This document shows positions 9,729-18,523 of a stretch of DNA of 64,000 nt, piece by piece. The notes beneath the pieces were generated by a model that saw only the letters and a program-made list of their open reading frames with translations, was not told the DNA's origin and did no database searches. This stretch comes from Candidatus Avidesulfovibrio excrementigallinarum (lineage in GTDB: Bacteria > Desulfobacterota > Desulfovibrionia > Desulfovibrionales > Desulfovibrionaceae), in assembly GCA_018715085.1 (NCBI GenBank), contig DVMI01000071.1, forward strand, positions 971 to 64,970, read 5' to 3'. Within the stretch, counting starts at the first letter, position 1. Each line of letters begins with the position of its first letter. A program made the position numbers and the translations under genes.

Positions 9729-10502
9729 ATGTCAGCTTCGCTTCCCCCTGTCCTTTCCGCCCGACACATTTCCGTCAATCTTGGCGGCAAGCAGATCCTC
9801 GACGATGTGTCTCTTGACGTGTCGCCGGGCGAACTCAAGGTTCTTATTGGTCCTTCCGGCGCAGGCAAAAGCACGTTTTTGCAGTGCCTTAACTTTCTGA
9901 TTCCTCCGGACAAGGGAACCGTGAGCCTTGAAGGCAGTGAGATCAACGCCAGGGATCCGCGCGCACTGAGCCTTTACCGCCGGCAGGTGGGCATGATTTT
10001 TCAGGATTTCAACCTGTTTGACCATTTGACTGCGGTGGACAACGTGGCGATTGCGTTGCGCAAGGTTGCCGGGCAGTCGCGGGAAGAAGCGCGCAGGCGG
10101 GCCATGGACGAGCTGGATCGCGTCGGGCTGTCCCAAAAAGCGGGGTTGTATCCGGCGGAGCTTTCTGGCGGGCAGAAACAGCGCGTGGCCATTGCCAGAG
10201 CCCTGGCAATGGACCCAAAGGTCATGCTGCTTGACGAACCCACTTCGGCGCTTGATCCTGAGCTTGTAGGCGAAGTGCTGGCGGTCATCCGCGACCTTGC
10301 CGCAGGGGGCATGACCATGATCATGGCTACCCACCAGATGGATTTTGCCCAGGCCCTGGCAACCGAAATTTTGTTTATGGAACAGGGCCGCATCATCGAA
10401 CAGGGCTCCCCGGCCACACTGCTGGCCCCCGGAGCAGGAACCCGTACTGGCGACTTCTGCCGTCGCCTGCTGGACGCCGCCCCTGCTGCGGCAAAGGATT
10501 GA
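9729..10502 (+). CDS. Amino-acid ABC transporter ATP-binding protein
   Basis: Walker A GPSGAGKST, signature LSGGQKQRVAIARAL, Walker B LLDEPTSALD. ATG 9729 has GAGGA 8 nt upstream. Confidence 0.92.
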   Translation: MSASLPPVLSARHISVNLGGKQILDDVSLDVSPGELKVLIGPSGAGKSTFLQCLNFLIPPDKGTVSLEGSEINARDPRALSLYRRQVGMIFQDFNLFDHLTAVDNVAIALRKVAGQSREEARRRAMDELDRVGLSQKAGLYPAELSGGQKQRVAIARALAMDPKVMLLDEPTSALDPELVGEVLAVIRDLAAGGMTMIMATHQMDFAQALATEILFMEQGRIIEQGSPATLLAPGAGTRTGDFCRRLLDAAPAAAKD

Positions 10503-10504
10503 CC

Positions 10505-11188
10505 GTGCAGGAGTGGTCTGAACTGTCGTTTATTGTCGACAGGGTTCTCCCGGCGCTGAATGACGGGTTGATCATGTCGCTGGCACTCATCGTGCCGTCG
10601 TCGACCATCGGTTTTGTTCTGGGGGTCTGTACCGGAGTGGCCAGGGTGTTTGGGCCGCGCTGGCTGCGTTGTCTGGGTAATTCCTTTACGACGTTGTTTC
10701 GCGGGGTGCCGCTGGTTGTGCAGCTCATGATTTTGTATTTTGGCCTGCCCAACCTCGGCATCTATCTTGAACCGTATGCCGCCTCGGTGATCGGTTTTAT
10801 CCTGTGCACGGGCGCCTACCAGTCCGAATATGTCCGCGGGGCGCTGCTGTCCATCAAACAGGGGCAGATCAAGGCGGCCTCTGCCCTGGGGTTCACCCGC
10901 CTGCAGACGATCCTCTGGATCGTTGCGCCTCAGGCAGCCCGCCGCGCCCTGCCCGGCTGCGGCAACGAAATCATTTATCTTATCAAATATTCGTCGCTTG
11001 CCTACGTCATTTCCTGTATCGAGCTGACTGGAGAAGCCAAAATCCTTGTGTCGCGCACCTTCCGGCCCACCGAAATCTATTTGGCGGCCGGCGTCTACTA
11101 CCTGGTCATGGTCAGCGCCGCCACCTGGATTCTGCGCAAACTCGAAGAGCGCTTTGCCGTTCCCGGCTTCTGTGGCGCCAAAAAGTAG
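10505..11188 (+). CDS. Second amino-acid ABC transporter permease
   Basis: ...[45 protein letters not shown] 10505 (or TTG 10499) overlaps or abuts the ATPase stop. Confidence 0.88.
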   Translation: MQEWSELSFIVDRVLPALNDGLIMSLALIVPSSTIGFVLGVCTGVARVFGPRWLRCLGNSFTTLFRGVPLVVQLMILYFGLPNLGIYLEPYAASVIGFILCTGAYQSEYVRGALLSIKQGQIKAASALGFTRLQTILWIVAPQAARRALPGCGNEIIYLIKYSSLAYVISCIELTGEAKILVSRTFRPTEIYLAAGVYYLVMVSAATWILRKLEERFAVPGFCGAKK

Positions 11189-11213
11189 CCTTTTGCGGAG
11201 CAACAAGATCACC

Positions 11214-13019
11214 ATGCCCACACAGGAACATATTCGCAATTTTTGCATCATCGCTCACATCGACCATGGCAAGTCCACCCTTGCCGACCGCATTCTTGAA
11301 AAGACCCACCTGGTGTCTGAACGCGAAAAGCGCGATCAGTATCTGGACAAGATGGATCTCGAGCGCGAACGTGGAATCACCATCAAGGCCCAGAGTGTCC
11401 GCATTCCCTACACGGCCGAAAACGGCAGGACATATATCCTGAACCTGATCGACACACCGGGCCATGTGGACTTCAACTACGAAGTTTCCCGTTCCCTCGC
11501 TGCCTGCGAGGGCGCGCTGCTCGTCGTGGATGCAACCCAGGGTGTCGAGGCGCAGACGCTGGCCAACGTGTATCTTGCGCTGGATCACAATCACGAAATC
11601 ATTCCTGTGTTGAACAAGATTGATCTGCCCAGCGCCGACGTGGAGCGGGTGAAAAAGGATATCGAAGAGTCCATCGGACTCAACTGTGACGAAGCGCTGC
11701 CCGTCAGCGCAAAAACCGGCGAAGGCGTGGATGCCGTGCTTGAAGCCATTGTGCACCGCCTGCCAGCGCCGGAAGGCGATCCAGAGGCTCCGCTGCGGGC
11801 GCTGATTTTTGACTCGTGGTACGATTCGTACCAGGGCGTTGTCACCCTGTTCCGCATTGAGGACGGGAGGTTGCGCCGCGGCGATCGGATCCGCCTGTTT
11901 GCCACAGGCAAGGAATACGAAGTGACCCGGCTGGGCGTTTTTTCGCCGGAAAGCAAGGATATGGAGTGTCTGGCGGCAGGTGAGGTCGGATTTTTGTGCG
12001 CCAACATCAAGGAGCTTGGTGACGCCAAGGTTGGCGACACCATCACGCTGGCGGACAATCCCTGTGCCGAACCGGTTCCCGGTTTCAAGGAAGTCAAGCC
12101 GGTAGTGTTTTGCGGGTTGTATCCTTCAGATCCCAGCGATTATGAAGCGCTCAAAAGCGCTCTTGAAAAGCTCCAGCTCAACGACGCAGCTTTTTCGTGG
12201 GAACCCGAAACCTCGCAGGCCCTGGGTTTTGGCTTCCGGTGCGGCTTCCTCGGGCTGTTGCACATGGAAATTATCCAGGAACGTCTGGAGCGGGAATTTA
12301 TGGTCGATCTCATCGCCACCGCGCCGTCTGTCATCTACCGTGTGGAAACGACTGACGGCAAGGTCGCAGAAATCGACAATCCCTCGCTGCTGCCTGACGC
12401 GTCGCGCATTGCATCGCTGGCCGAGCCGTATGTCCGCATCGACATCCATGTGCCGGGCGAATATGTGGGCAACGTCCTCAAATTGTGTGAAGAGAAGCGC
12501 GGCATTCAGAAAAATTTGCACTACATGAGCACCAACCGCGTGGTGGTGACCTACGAGTTGCCGTTTGCGGAAATCGTGTATGACTTTTTCGACCGTCTCA
12601 AGTCCGCGACCCGCGGGTACGCCTCCATGGATTACGAAATGGTGGACTACCGGGCCTCCAGCCTTGTGCGGCTGGACATTCTGCTCAATGGCGAGCCCGT
12701 GGACGCGCTGTCGGTCATTGTGCACAGGGATCGCGCCTATCCGTATGGCCGCGCGCTGGCGCTTAAGCTCAAACGCACCATTCCCCGCCAGCTGTTTGAA
12801 GTGGCCATTCAGGCTGCCATCGGGCAGAAAATCATTGCGCGCGAAACGGTTTCGGCCCTGCGCAAGAACGTGACCGCCAAATGCTACGGCGGCGACATTA
12901 CCCGCAAGCGCAAGCTGCTTGAAAAGCAGAAGGAAGGCAAGCGCCGCATGAAGCGCATGGGGAATGTGGAACTGCCGCAGGAAGCGTTCCTGGCGGCGTT
13001 GCAGGTGAGCGACGAATAG
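11214..13019 (+). CDS. lepA: Translation elongation factor 4 (LepA)
   Basis: [29 protein letters not shown]...DTPGHVDF...NKIDLP, plus the LepA-specific C-terminus. Confidence 0.97.
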   Translation: MPTQEHIRNFCIIAHIDHGKSTLADRILEKTHLVSEREKRDQYLDKMDLERERGITIKAQSVRIPYTAENGRTYILNLIDTPGHVDFNYEVSRSLAACEGALLVVDATQGVEAQTLANVYLALDHNHEIIPVLNKIDLPSADVERVKKDIEESIGLNCDEALPVSAKTGEGVDAVLEAIVHRLPAPEGDPEAPLRALIFDSWYDSYQGVVTLFRIEDGRLRRGDRIRLFATGKEYEVTRLGVFSPESKDMECLAAGEVGFLCANIKELGDAKVGDTITLADNPCAEPVPGFKEVKPVVFCGLYPSDPSDYEALKSALEKLQLNDAAFSWEPETSQALGFGFRCGFLGLLHMEIIQERLEREFMVDLIATAPSVIYRVETTDGKVAEIDNPSLLPDASRIASLAEPYVRIDIHVPGEYVGNVLKLCEEKRGIQKNLHYMSTNRVVVTYELPFAEIVYDFFDRLKSATRGYASMDYEMVDYRASSLVRLDILLNGEPVDALSVIVHRDRAYPYGRALALKLKRTIPRQLFEVAIQAAIGQKIIARETVSALRKNVTAKCYGGDITRKRKLLEKQKEGKRRMKRMGNVELPQEAFLAALQVSDE

Positions 13020-13128
13020 CAGGCGTCTTTGGGCAGGTGTGGCGGGTCCTTCTCCCGGGCAGCACCGGGAGGACAGAGGGTGGGCACGCTGCACGCGTCA
13101 GGTTGCAATCAGGCCCCGGCAGGGAGGC

Positions 13129-13165
13129 AGGCCCCCTGTACCCCTAAAGGGGGGCCTTGCTTTTT
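13129..13165 (+). terminator. Probable rho-independent terminator after lepA
   Basis: aggccccc / gggggcct stem with a 13-nt loop, followed by tgcttttt. Confidence 0.45.
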
Positions 13166-13404
13166 GGCATGGCGGCAAGGCCGTCTGTCCGTTTTTCTGC
13201 AGAGGCAAACGCGCTCTTTTGTGCCTGGCTTTTCGGTTGTTGGAGGGGCCTTGCACCGCCGCAACCCGCTCCTTGTGGATTGCTGACGGGCGGGTTTGAG
13301 CTGCCGGCATGAGCCGCAACGGCGTTTTGCGTTTGCGCATGCGGGGCGGCATGCGCCGCCAGTACGGCTTGAGGGGACAGACAGCAGGAGCGCCTGCCGT
13401 CCTT

Positions 13405-13815
13405 TTATCCGATCAGCGCCAGCAGCCATTCAGGCATGCGCACAGGCCTGCCTTCAAGGTTGGTGCAGGCATGCTCAGTAAAGCCCTCTGCGCGGACTAC
13501 AGCGCGCTCGGCGTCGGTAAGCTGATAGACAAACCGGATGGACGCCCTGCCGTGCGAGGCCATGCCCACACGCACCCAGACGAGCTCGTCGTAGCGCGAA
13601 GGGATTCGATACCGGCATCCGGCTTCGCGAACAGGCAGCATCAGGCCTTTTTCCTCAACCAGCGCATAGCTCATGCCCAGCTGGCGGATGTAGGCACTGC
13701 GGCCGCGTTCAAAAAGGTGAAGGTATTCGGCATAGTACAAATAGCCCATGGCGTCGGTTTCGCCATAGGAAATCCTGTGCTCCATCCAGACGCTTCTGGC
13801 AGGAAAGGCTTGCAT
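13405..13815 (-). CDS. Acyl-CoA thioesterase, 4HBT/YbgC-like hotdog fold
   Basis: ...RISYGETDAMGYLYYAEYLHLFERGRSAYIRQLGMSY..., the typical YbgC/4HBT N-terminal catalytic region. ATG 13815 has GGAGG upstream. The rest of the 557-aa ORF-track entry is antisense to mltA. Confidence 0.8.
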   Translation of the reverse strand: MQAFPARSVWMEHRISYGETDAMGYLYYAEYLHLFERGRSAYIRQLGMSYALVEEKGLMLPVREAGCRYRIPSRYDELVWVRVGMASHGRASIRFVYQLTDAERAVVRAEGFTEHACTNLEGRPVRMPEWLLALIG

Positions 13816-13941
13816 GACTGAGGTCCTCCGGATAAAAACATCATTGTTGACGGCGCCATTCCCGGCTTGAGCGGGTTCCTGCCGCGCGCCTTCGCATGCT
13901 GGCAGGGAGGGAACGTTGTCTCCCAAAGGATACGGTACGCT

Positions 13942-15120
13942 ATGAAACACGCTGCTCTCACGGGCTTTCTGGGCATGCTGCTTTGCATCGCACTTTTGGG
14001 CTGCGCTGACAGGCAGGCCGTGACGCCACTGCTCGCTGACGAAACGTCGGCCGTGGCCCAACAGGTGGCCAGAACAATGACGCCCGCCGATCAGGGGCTG
14101 GCCTCCTGGAATGATCTGGCGCCTGCCATTGACGCCAGTTTGGCCTATGTGGCTTCCAAGGCGTCTGACGACATCGCGGTCGCTCAAGATGACGTGGCGG
14201 TGACCTGGGCCGAAGTCGCGCAAAGCCTGCACCGCCTGCGTGCGCTGCTTCCCCAGCTGGATGACAACCCGGGCCTGCTCGCCGAGCAGTTCCTCTGGCT
14301 GCGCCTCAATGACGGCGCGCAGTTCTCGGGGTACTACGAGGCTGAAGTGAAGGCAAGCCATAAGCCTAGCGAAAAATATTGTCACCCGCTGTACCGGCGT
14401 CCGCCCGATTTGCATACGGTGATGTTGGGCGACTTTTCGCCGGAGCTCATTGGCATGCGCCTTGTTTACCGTATCCATGAAGGCGGAGGGATTGTCCCTT
14501 ACTACAGCCGCTCGGAAATCGAAGAAGGCGTGCTCAAGGGGCAGGAGCTTGCCTGGGTGACCAGCGCCCTCGACGCCTATTTTTTGCAGATTCAGGGATC
14601 GGGCCGTCTGCATTTTGAGGATGGCTCTGTGTTGAGCGCCTTGTACGACGGCGACAACGGCCGGCCCTATCGCAGCCTTGGCCGCAGAATGATTGACGAA
14701 GGACTGATCCCGGCTGAGGAAATCAGCATGCAGAGCATCCGCGCCTGGCTTATGGCACACCCTGAAAGACAGGACGAGATGCTCAACTATAACCCCCGCT
14801 ATGTGTTCTTCCGGTTGCGTGACGAACCGCTGGTCGGCGCCATTGGCCGTCCTCTCACACCGTATGTCACGCTTGCTGTTGACAGGACCACCTTCCCTCT
14901 GGGCGGGGCCCTGGTGTACAAAACCGCCCTGCCCCGGCAGGTGGCGGACGGCTCCCGTGCTGAACCGAAGCCGGTTGTCGGCATAGGTCTGGCCCAGGAT
15001 ACGGGCGGAGCCATCAAATACCGGCGGATTGATCTGTTCTGTGGAAGTGGCGACCGGGCTGCCTATGAGGCCGGGCATCTCAATATGGCGGGCGAGGTCT
15101 GGCTGCTGCTGGCCCGCTAG
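13942..15120 (+). CDS. mltA: Murein transglycosylase A (MltA) lipoprotein
   Basis: Lipobox LLCIALLGC; MltA and 3D domain motifs FLQIQGSGRL, NPRYVFF, LAVDRTTFPLG, GLAQDTGGAIK. Confidence 0.9.
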   Translation: MKHAALTGFLGMLLCIALLGCADRQAVTPLLADETSAVAQQVARTMTPADQGLASWNDLAPAIDASLAYVASKASDDIAVAQDDVAVTWAEVAQSLHRLRALLPQLDDNPGLLAEQFLWLRLNDGAQFSGYYEAEVKASHKPSEKYCHPLYRRPPDLHTVMLGDFSPELIGMRLVYRIHEGGGIVPYYSRSEIEEGVLKGQELAWVTSALDAYFLQIQGSGRLHFEDGSVLSALYDGDNGRPYRSLGRRMIDEGLIPAEEISMQSIRAWLMAHPERQDEMLNYNPRYVFFRLRDEPLVGAIGRPLTPYVTLAVDRTTFPLGGALVYKTALPRQVADGSRAEPKPVVGIGLAQDTGGAIKYRRIDLFCGSGDRAAYEAGHLNMAGEVWLLLAR

Positions 15121-15278
15121 AATGGCGTCTTTTGGGTGAGACGCTGGTTTAAAAACCGCGCTGCCCGTCGGCGAACCGCATGTTTTTTTGAAGTACGCGG
15201 GTGGCGATGATGTTTGGCGTTGGTGCGAATGTCAGCTGCTCCAAGGTCCCGGCAGCGTTATTGCTGCAAGAGGTACGC

Positions 15279-16142
15279 ATGAATAAGTCCGATACGGCGC
15301 GCATGCCGCAGAACCAGCACGAAGAGATTATCGAACTGATCGAAATCGTCCGGGAAGAGGAAACTCCTGATGCGGACTCGGAGCTTGGACAGCCTGTTGA
15401 CATTATTGAACTGAGTGACGCCATAGAAGAGCCCGTGTCACAGGAGCAGCGCCCGCAGTTTGGCTTTGGCAGGGAACATGCCGGCAGTGGACAGGACACC
15501 GCGCCGGCTGCGAAGGAGGATGCCGCCGTACAACCGTGCGACACGCCTTCAGATGATACGGCTGCGGATGCGCAGGCTGAAGAGTCCGGCGCTGTGGCGG
15601 CTGCCGGCGCTGCGGCAGATGCGGCAGATGCGGCAGATGCGGCCGCGAGCGGGATTGCCAGTGTTCCCTTTGCGGCAGAGACTGTTGCCTGTGCCGCAGT
15701 GGAGCCGCAGGCGTGCGCTGACCCCGAAACGGCGGCGCTGCGCGAACGGGTGCGCGCACTTGAAGAGCAGCTGGCACAGGCCAGTATGGACAACGACGCG
15801 CTGCACCTTCGTTTGGAAAAGCTTGAACGGCGCGTGGCCGAAAGCCTGGAGCGCAATGAACAGGCGCTTGCCCTGCTTGACGAACGCACGGCCGCGCTGG
15901 AGGCGGTGCCTCAGATTTCGCTCGATTCGGTGCAGACGGCCATGGATTCGCTGAGTGGCCAGCTCAACGCGTCTTTGGAGGCCATGCAGAGCCATCTTGA
16001 GGCCGTACAGAACGAACTCTATGCGGAAAAGACCCTTGCCACGCTGGTTGACCGGCTTGAACCGGCCATCGACAAGGCCGCCGCACAGGCTGCCGCGCGG
16101 ATTATCCGGGAGGAAATTGCCCGGATCATGAACCAGGCATAA
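15279..16142 (+). CDS. Hypothetical acidic protein with a C-terminal coiled coil
   Basis: 287-aa ORF from ATG 15279. The N-terminus has duplicated IIELIEIV / IIELSDAI motifs, the centre is Ala/Asp-rich, and the C-terminus is heptad-like (LRERVRALEEQLAQA...LEKLERRVAESLERNEQ). No family recognised. Confidence 0.6.
   Translation: MNKSDTARMPQNQHEEIIELIEIVREEETPDADSELGQPVDIIELSDAIEEPVSQEQRPQFGFGREHAGSGQDTAPAAKEDAAVQPCDTPSDDTAADAQAEESGAVAAAGAAADAADAADAAASGIASVPFAAETVACAAVEPQACADPETAALRERVRALEEQLAQASMDNDALHLRLEKLERRVAESLERNEQALALLDERTAALEAVPQISLDSVQTAMDSLSGQLNASLEAMQSHLEAVQNELYAEKTLATLVDRLEPAIDKAAAQAAARIIREEIARIMNQA
15612..15638 (+). repeat. Perfect 9-bp x3 tandem repeat (gcggcagat) encoding AADAADAAD
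   Basis: Read directly; in frame within the hypothetical coiled-coil gene. Confidence 0.9.
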
Positions 16143-16169
16143 CGCCAGAAAGGGCTTTATATTTTGGGA

Positions 16170-16206
16170 AACGGACAGCACCCCAGAGGCGCTGTCCGTT
16201 TTTTTA
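16170..16206 (+). terminator. Rho-independent terminator between the convergent coiled-coil gene and the small Cys-rich gene
   Basis: aacggacagc / gctgtccgtt 10-bp stem, 11-nt loop, T-run 16199-16205. Confidence 0.75.
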
Positions 16207-16276
16207 TGCCTGAGAGGAGGCCGCTGGTTTTTGCCGTAGGCAGGCTGCTGTGGTGTACAGTCGCACCAGGCGCAGC

Positions 16277-16426
16277 CTACCGGCACTGTGAAGATTTTTG
16301 GGATCCGCACCCCTTGCAGCCGCATCCGCAGCTGCAACCGCCGCCGTTTCGACCGGTCCGGTAAAAGCGCCGGATGCAATAGATCGCCGCAGCAATGACA
16401 CATACTGCCACAAGGATTTCTTCCAT
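16277..16426 (-). CDS. 49-aa FeoB-associated Cys-rich small membrane protein (P12-like); absent from the ORF track (<60 aa)
   Basis: Manual translation: MEEILVAVCVIAAAIYCIRRFYRTGRNGGGCSCGCGCKGCGSQKSSQCR*. It has one N-terminal TM helix, a basic patch and a GCxCGCGC tail, as in the FeoB-associated Cys-rich family. GGAG RBS sits 10 nt upstream and a near-consensus promoter lies upstream. Confidence 0.7.
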   Translation of the reverse strand: MEEILVAVCVIAAAIYCIRRFYRTGRNGGGCSCGCGCKGCGSQKSSQCR

Positions 16427-16456
16427 AGCAGAACTCCATATTGATTTTCTTTTTCA

Positions 16457-16484
16457 AATATAGCGCAATTCAGGGCCATGTCAA
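16457..16484 (-). promoter_or_regulatory. Sigma-70-type promoter for the small Cys-rich ORF (TTGACA-16-TATATT)
   Basis: Minus strand reads ...gagTTGACAtggccctgaattgcgcTATATTtgaaaaagaaaatcaatatGGAGttctgctATG. An AT-rich 19-mer at 16437-16455 matches the Fur-box consensus at 14/19 positions. Confidence 0.55.
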
Positions 16485-16784
16485 CTCCGTGCGGCAGGCG
16501 CGCCCCAGCTGCAATGCCTTTGGGGCATACTGTTTTTTATTTCACATTGTCGGGCAGGATACATCAGTGCCGTTGCCTTTTTAACAGAACAGGCGTAGGC
16601 GGATCATACAGCGTTTTTCAGGGCGGTTTTGCCTTCGGCATGAACGTGCTGTGGCGGATGCAGAAAGTGGATGTGATGTGTTCATCCACAAAAAATTTCA
16701 CATAGTTCCTTGCGTGCGCAGGCACGCGGACCATGTGCAATAACGCCGTTTCAAAAGCCGCTGCCCTTACGACAAGGAGCCGCT

Positions 16785-17759
16785 ATGCCGACTCATCGGG
16801 CCCATTTTTTGCTGACTCTTGCCGCCGTGCTTTGGGGCATGCAGCCCATGTTCGTCAAATGGCTTGTGCAGAGCATGACGCCCGTCACGCTGACCCTGAT
16901 GCGCTATCTGCTGATCAGCCTTGTCATGTTTGTTCTGCTGTTCTGGCAGAAGGACAGCCACCGCCGTCCCATTTCCCCCAGAAATTGGATGCTCCTTGCC
17001 TTGATGGGCTTTTCGGGCATTGCCATCAACAACATTGTGCAGTTTGAAGGACTCAAGCTGTCCACTGTCACCAATTCCACGCTCATTGCTTCTGCCTCGC
17101 CTACGGTCACAGCGGCGCTGGCAGCGTTGTTTCTCAAGGAAAGGCTGATCCCTCTGCAATGGGTCGGCATGCTCATTTCGTTTTTTGGAGCGTTGTTTCT
17201 GCTGACCAAAGGCCGGCTTGACGTTCTGTTGAATCTTTCGTTCAACCGGGGTGACGTCTACTTTGTCATTGCCCAGACGGGCTGGTCTGTGTACGCGCTG
17301 CTCAGCGTGCCTGTGCTGCGTGAGATTTCTGCCACCCGGGCGGTGGCCTGGTCGGGGCTTATCGGTTCGGCGCTCTCCGCACTGTGGGGGATCGCCAGCG
17401 GTCAACTCCTTTTTCCTCCCATGACGCCGGGCGTGCTGGGCGCCTTTGCCTATATCACGTTTGGCGGTGGCGTTTGCGCCATGCTCTGCTGGAATCTTGG
17501 CGTTCGTGCCGTTGGTGCGAGCGAGGCTTCCATTTTCCTCAATATCCTTCTGGTGATAGGCCTGTTCTGCGGCGTAACCTTCCTTGACGAACCGTTCCGC
17601 ATTCAGCAGGGCTGCGGCAGCCTGGCCATTCTTGGCGGCGTATATCTGCTCACACACAGCCACAAAGTCCAGGCCTGGCGCGACACCCATCCTTCAAAGC
17701 GATCGCTCTTGCAGCTTATCCGGCACCCGTTGCGCCACCTTCACCGGCGGGCGCGGTAA
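16785..17759 (+). CDS. EamA/DMT-family transporter (10-TM drug/metabolite exporter)
   Basis: Two EamA-type repeats (LLTLAAVLWGMQPMFVKWL..., ...AYITFGGGVCAMLCWNLGVRAVGASEASIFLN...). ATG 16785 has AAGGAG upstream. Confidence 0.85.
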   Translation: MPTHRAHFLLTLAAVLWGMQPMFVKWLVQSMTPVTLTLMRYLLISLVMFVLLFWQKDSHRRPISPRNWMLLALMGFSGIAINNIVQFEGLKLSTVTNSTLIASASPTVTAALAALFLKERLIPLQWVGMLISFFGALFLLTKGRLDVLLNLSFNRGDVYFVIAQTGWSVYALLSVPVLREISATRAVAWSGLIGSALSALWGIASGQLLFPPMTPGVLGAFAYITFGGGVCAMLCWNLGVRAVGASEASIFLNILLVIGLFCGVTFLDEPFRIQQGCGSLAILGGVYLLTHSHKVQAWRDTHPSKRSLLQLIRHPLRHLHRRAR

Positions 17760-18360
17760 GTGGATTTGCGCGGCGCACTGCCGCAGTCTGCGCCTCTGCG
17801 GGACGGCAGCGGGCAAGTGCGGCTTGCGGCCGTGTGGTGTCTGCAATGACGGGCTGGCGCGTTGGCATATTCAAGGCCGGTACGTCCTTTCACAGGCGTT
17901 CATGGATGGCTGGCATCCCTCAGGACCGGGGGCGGCCCTGCCCTGCCAGCGCCGTCCATTGGCGTGATTGCGCGGAATGCCTGTATGTTGTTGTGAATCA
18001 TCTGCGCAGGTGTGAAACGGCGTCCGGATCTGGTGGCAAAAAAACACTGTGCCTGTCCGGCAGGATAGGCCGTGCGGCGGCTGTCCTGCGCCGTTTGAAA
18101 CAAGGCAGGGCCGCCGGACGCGATTGTTCCGGAGCAGCTGCCCGCCATCCGTTGTGGTCAGGGCTGCCCTCTTCGCTCTGTTCAGAACCGAACCCTTTGC
18201 AAAAGGAGAAGCTCTATAGCCGTGTTTGAGTGCTCCCTATGTTGTTTCGGAGCACAGGCAGACCCGGGGAGAGGACCGTCAGGCTCCCTGCAATGGAAGA
18301 GGGCCGTATGGCCCGGCCGGTGCGGATCTGCGTGCGCTGGGCGGGCGGTATTTTCAAGGA

Positions 18361-18404
18361 GGCGTTGCGCCGGGCCATACGGAAGCGGCACAACGCCTTT
18401 TTTT
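18361..18404 (+). terminator. Strong plus-strand intrinsic terminator with no annotated upstream gene within 600 bp
   Basis: 12-bp stem ggcgttgcgccg / cggcacaacgcc (one mismatch), 13-nt loop, T7 run 18398-18404. Confidence 0.6.
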
Positions 18405-18523
18405 GGGGGGGAGAGGAAGCGAGCGCCCCGTTGCCAGAGACAGAACCGCCATGCCGGCGGAAGAGACAACTTCGGCGGCATGGCGGCAAAATGTGGCAAG
18501 GGCGCCGCATACGCGGCAATGTG

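Noticed and set aside
13816-15078. Upstream 420 residues of the 557-aa minus-strand ORF containing the thioesterase.
   Set aside because: It is antisense to mltA, which has a clear lipobox and MltA/3D motifs. Thioesterase homology begins at ATG 13815, which has its own RBS.
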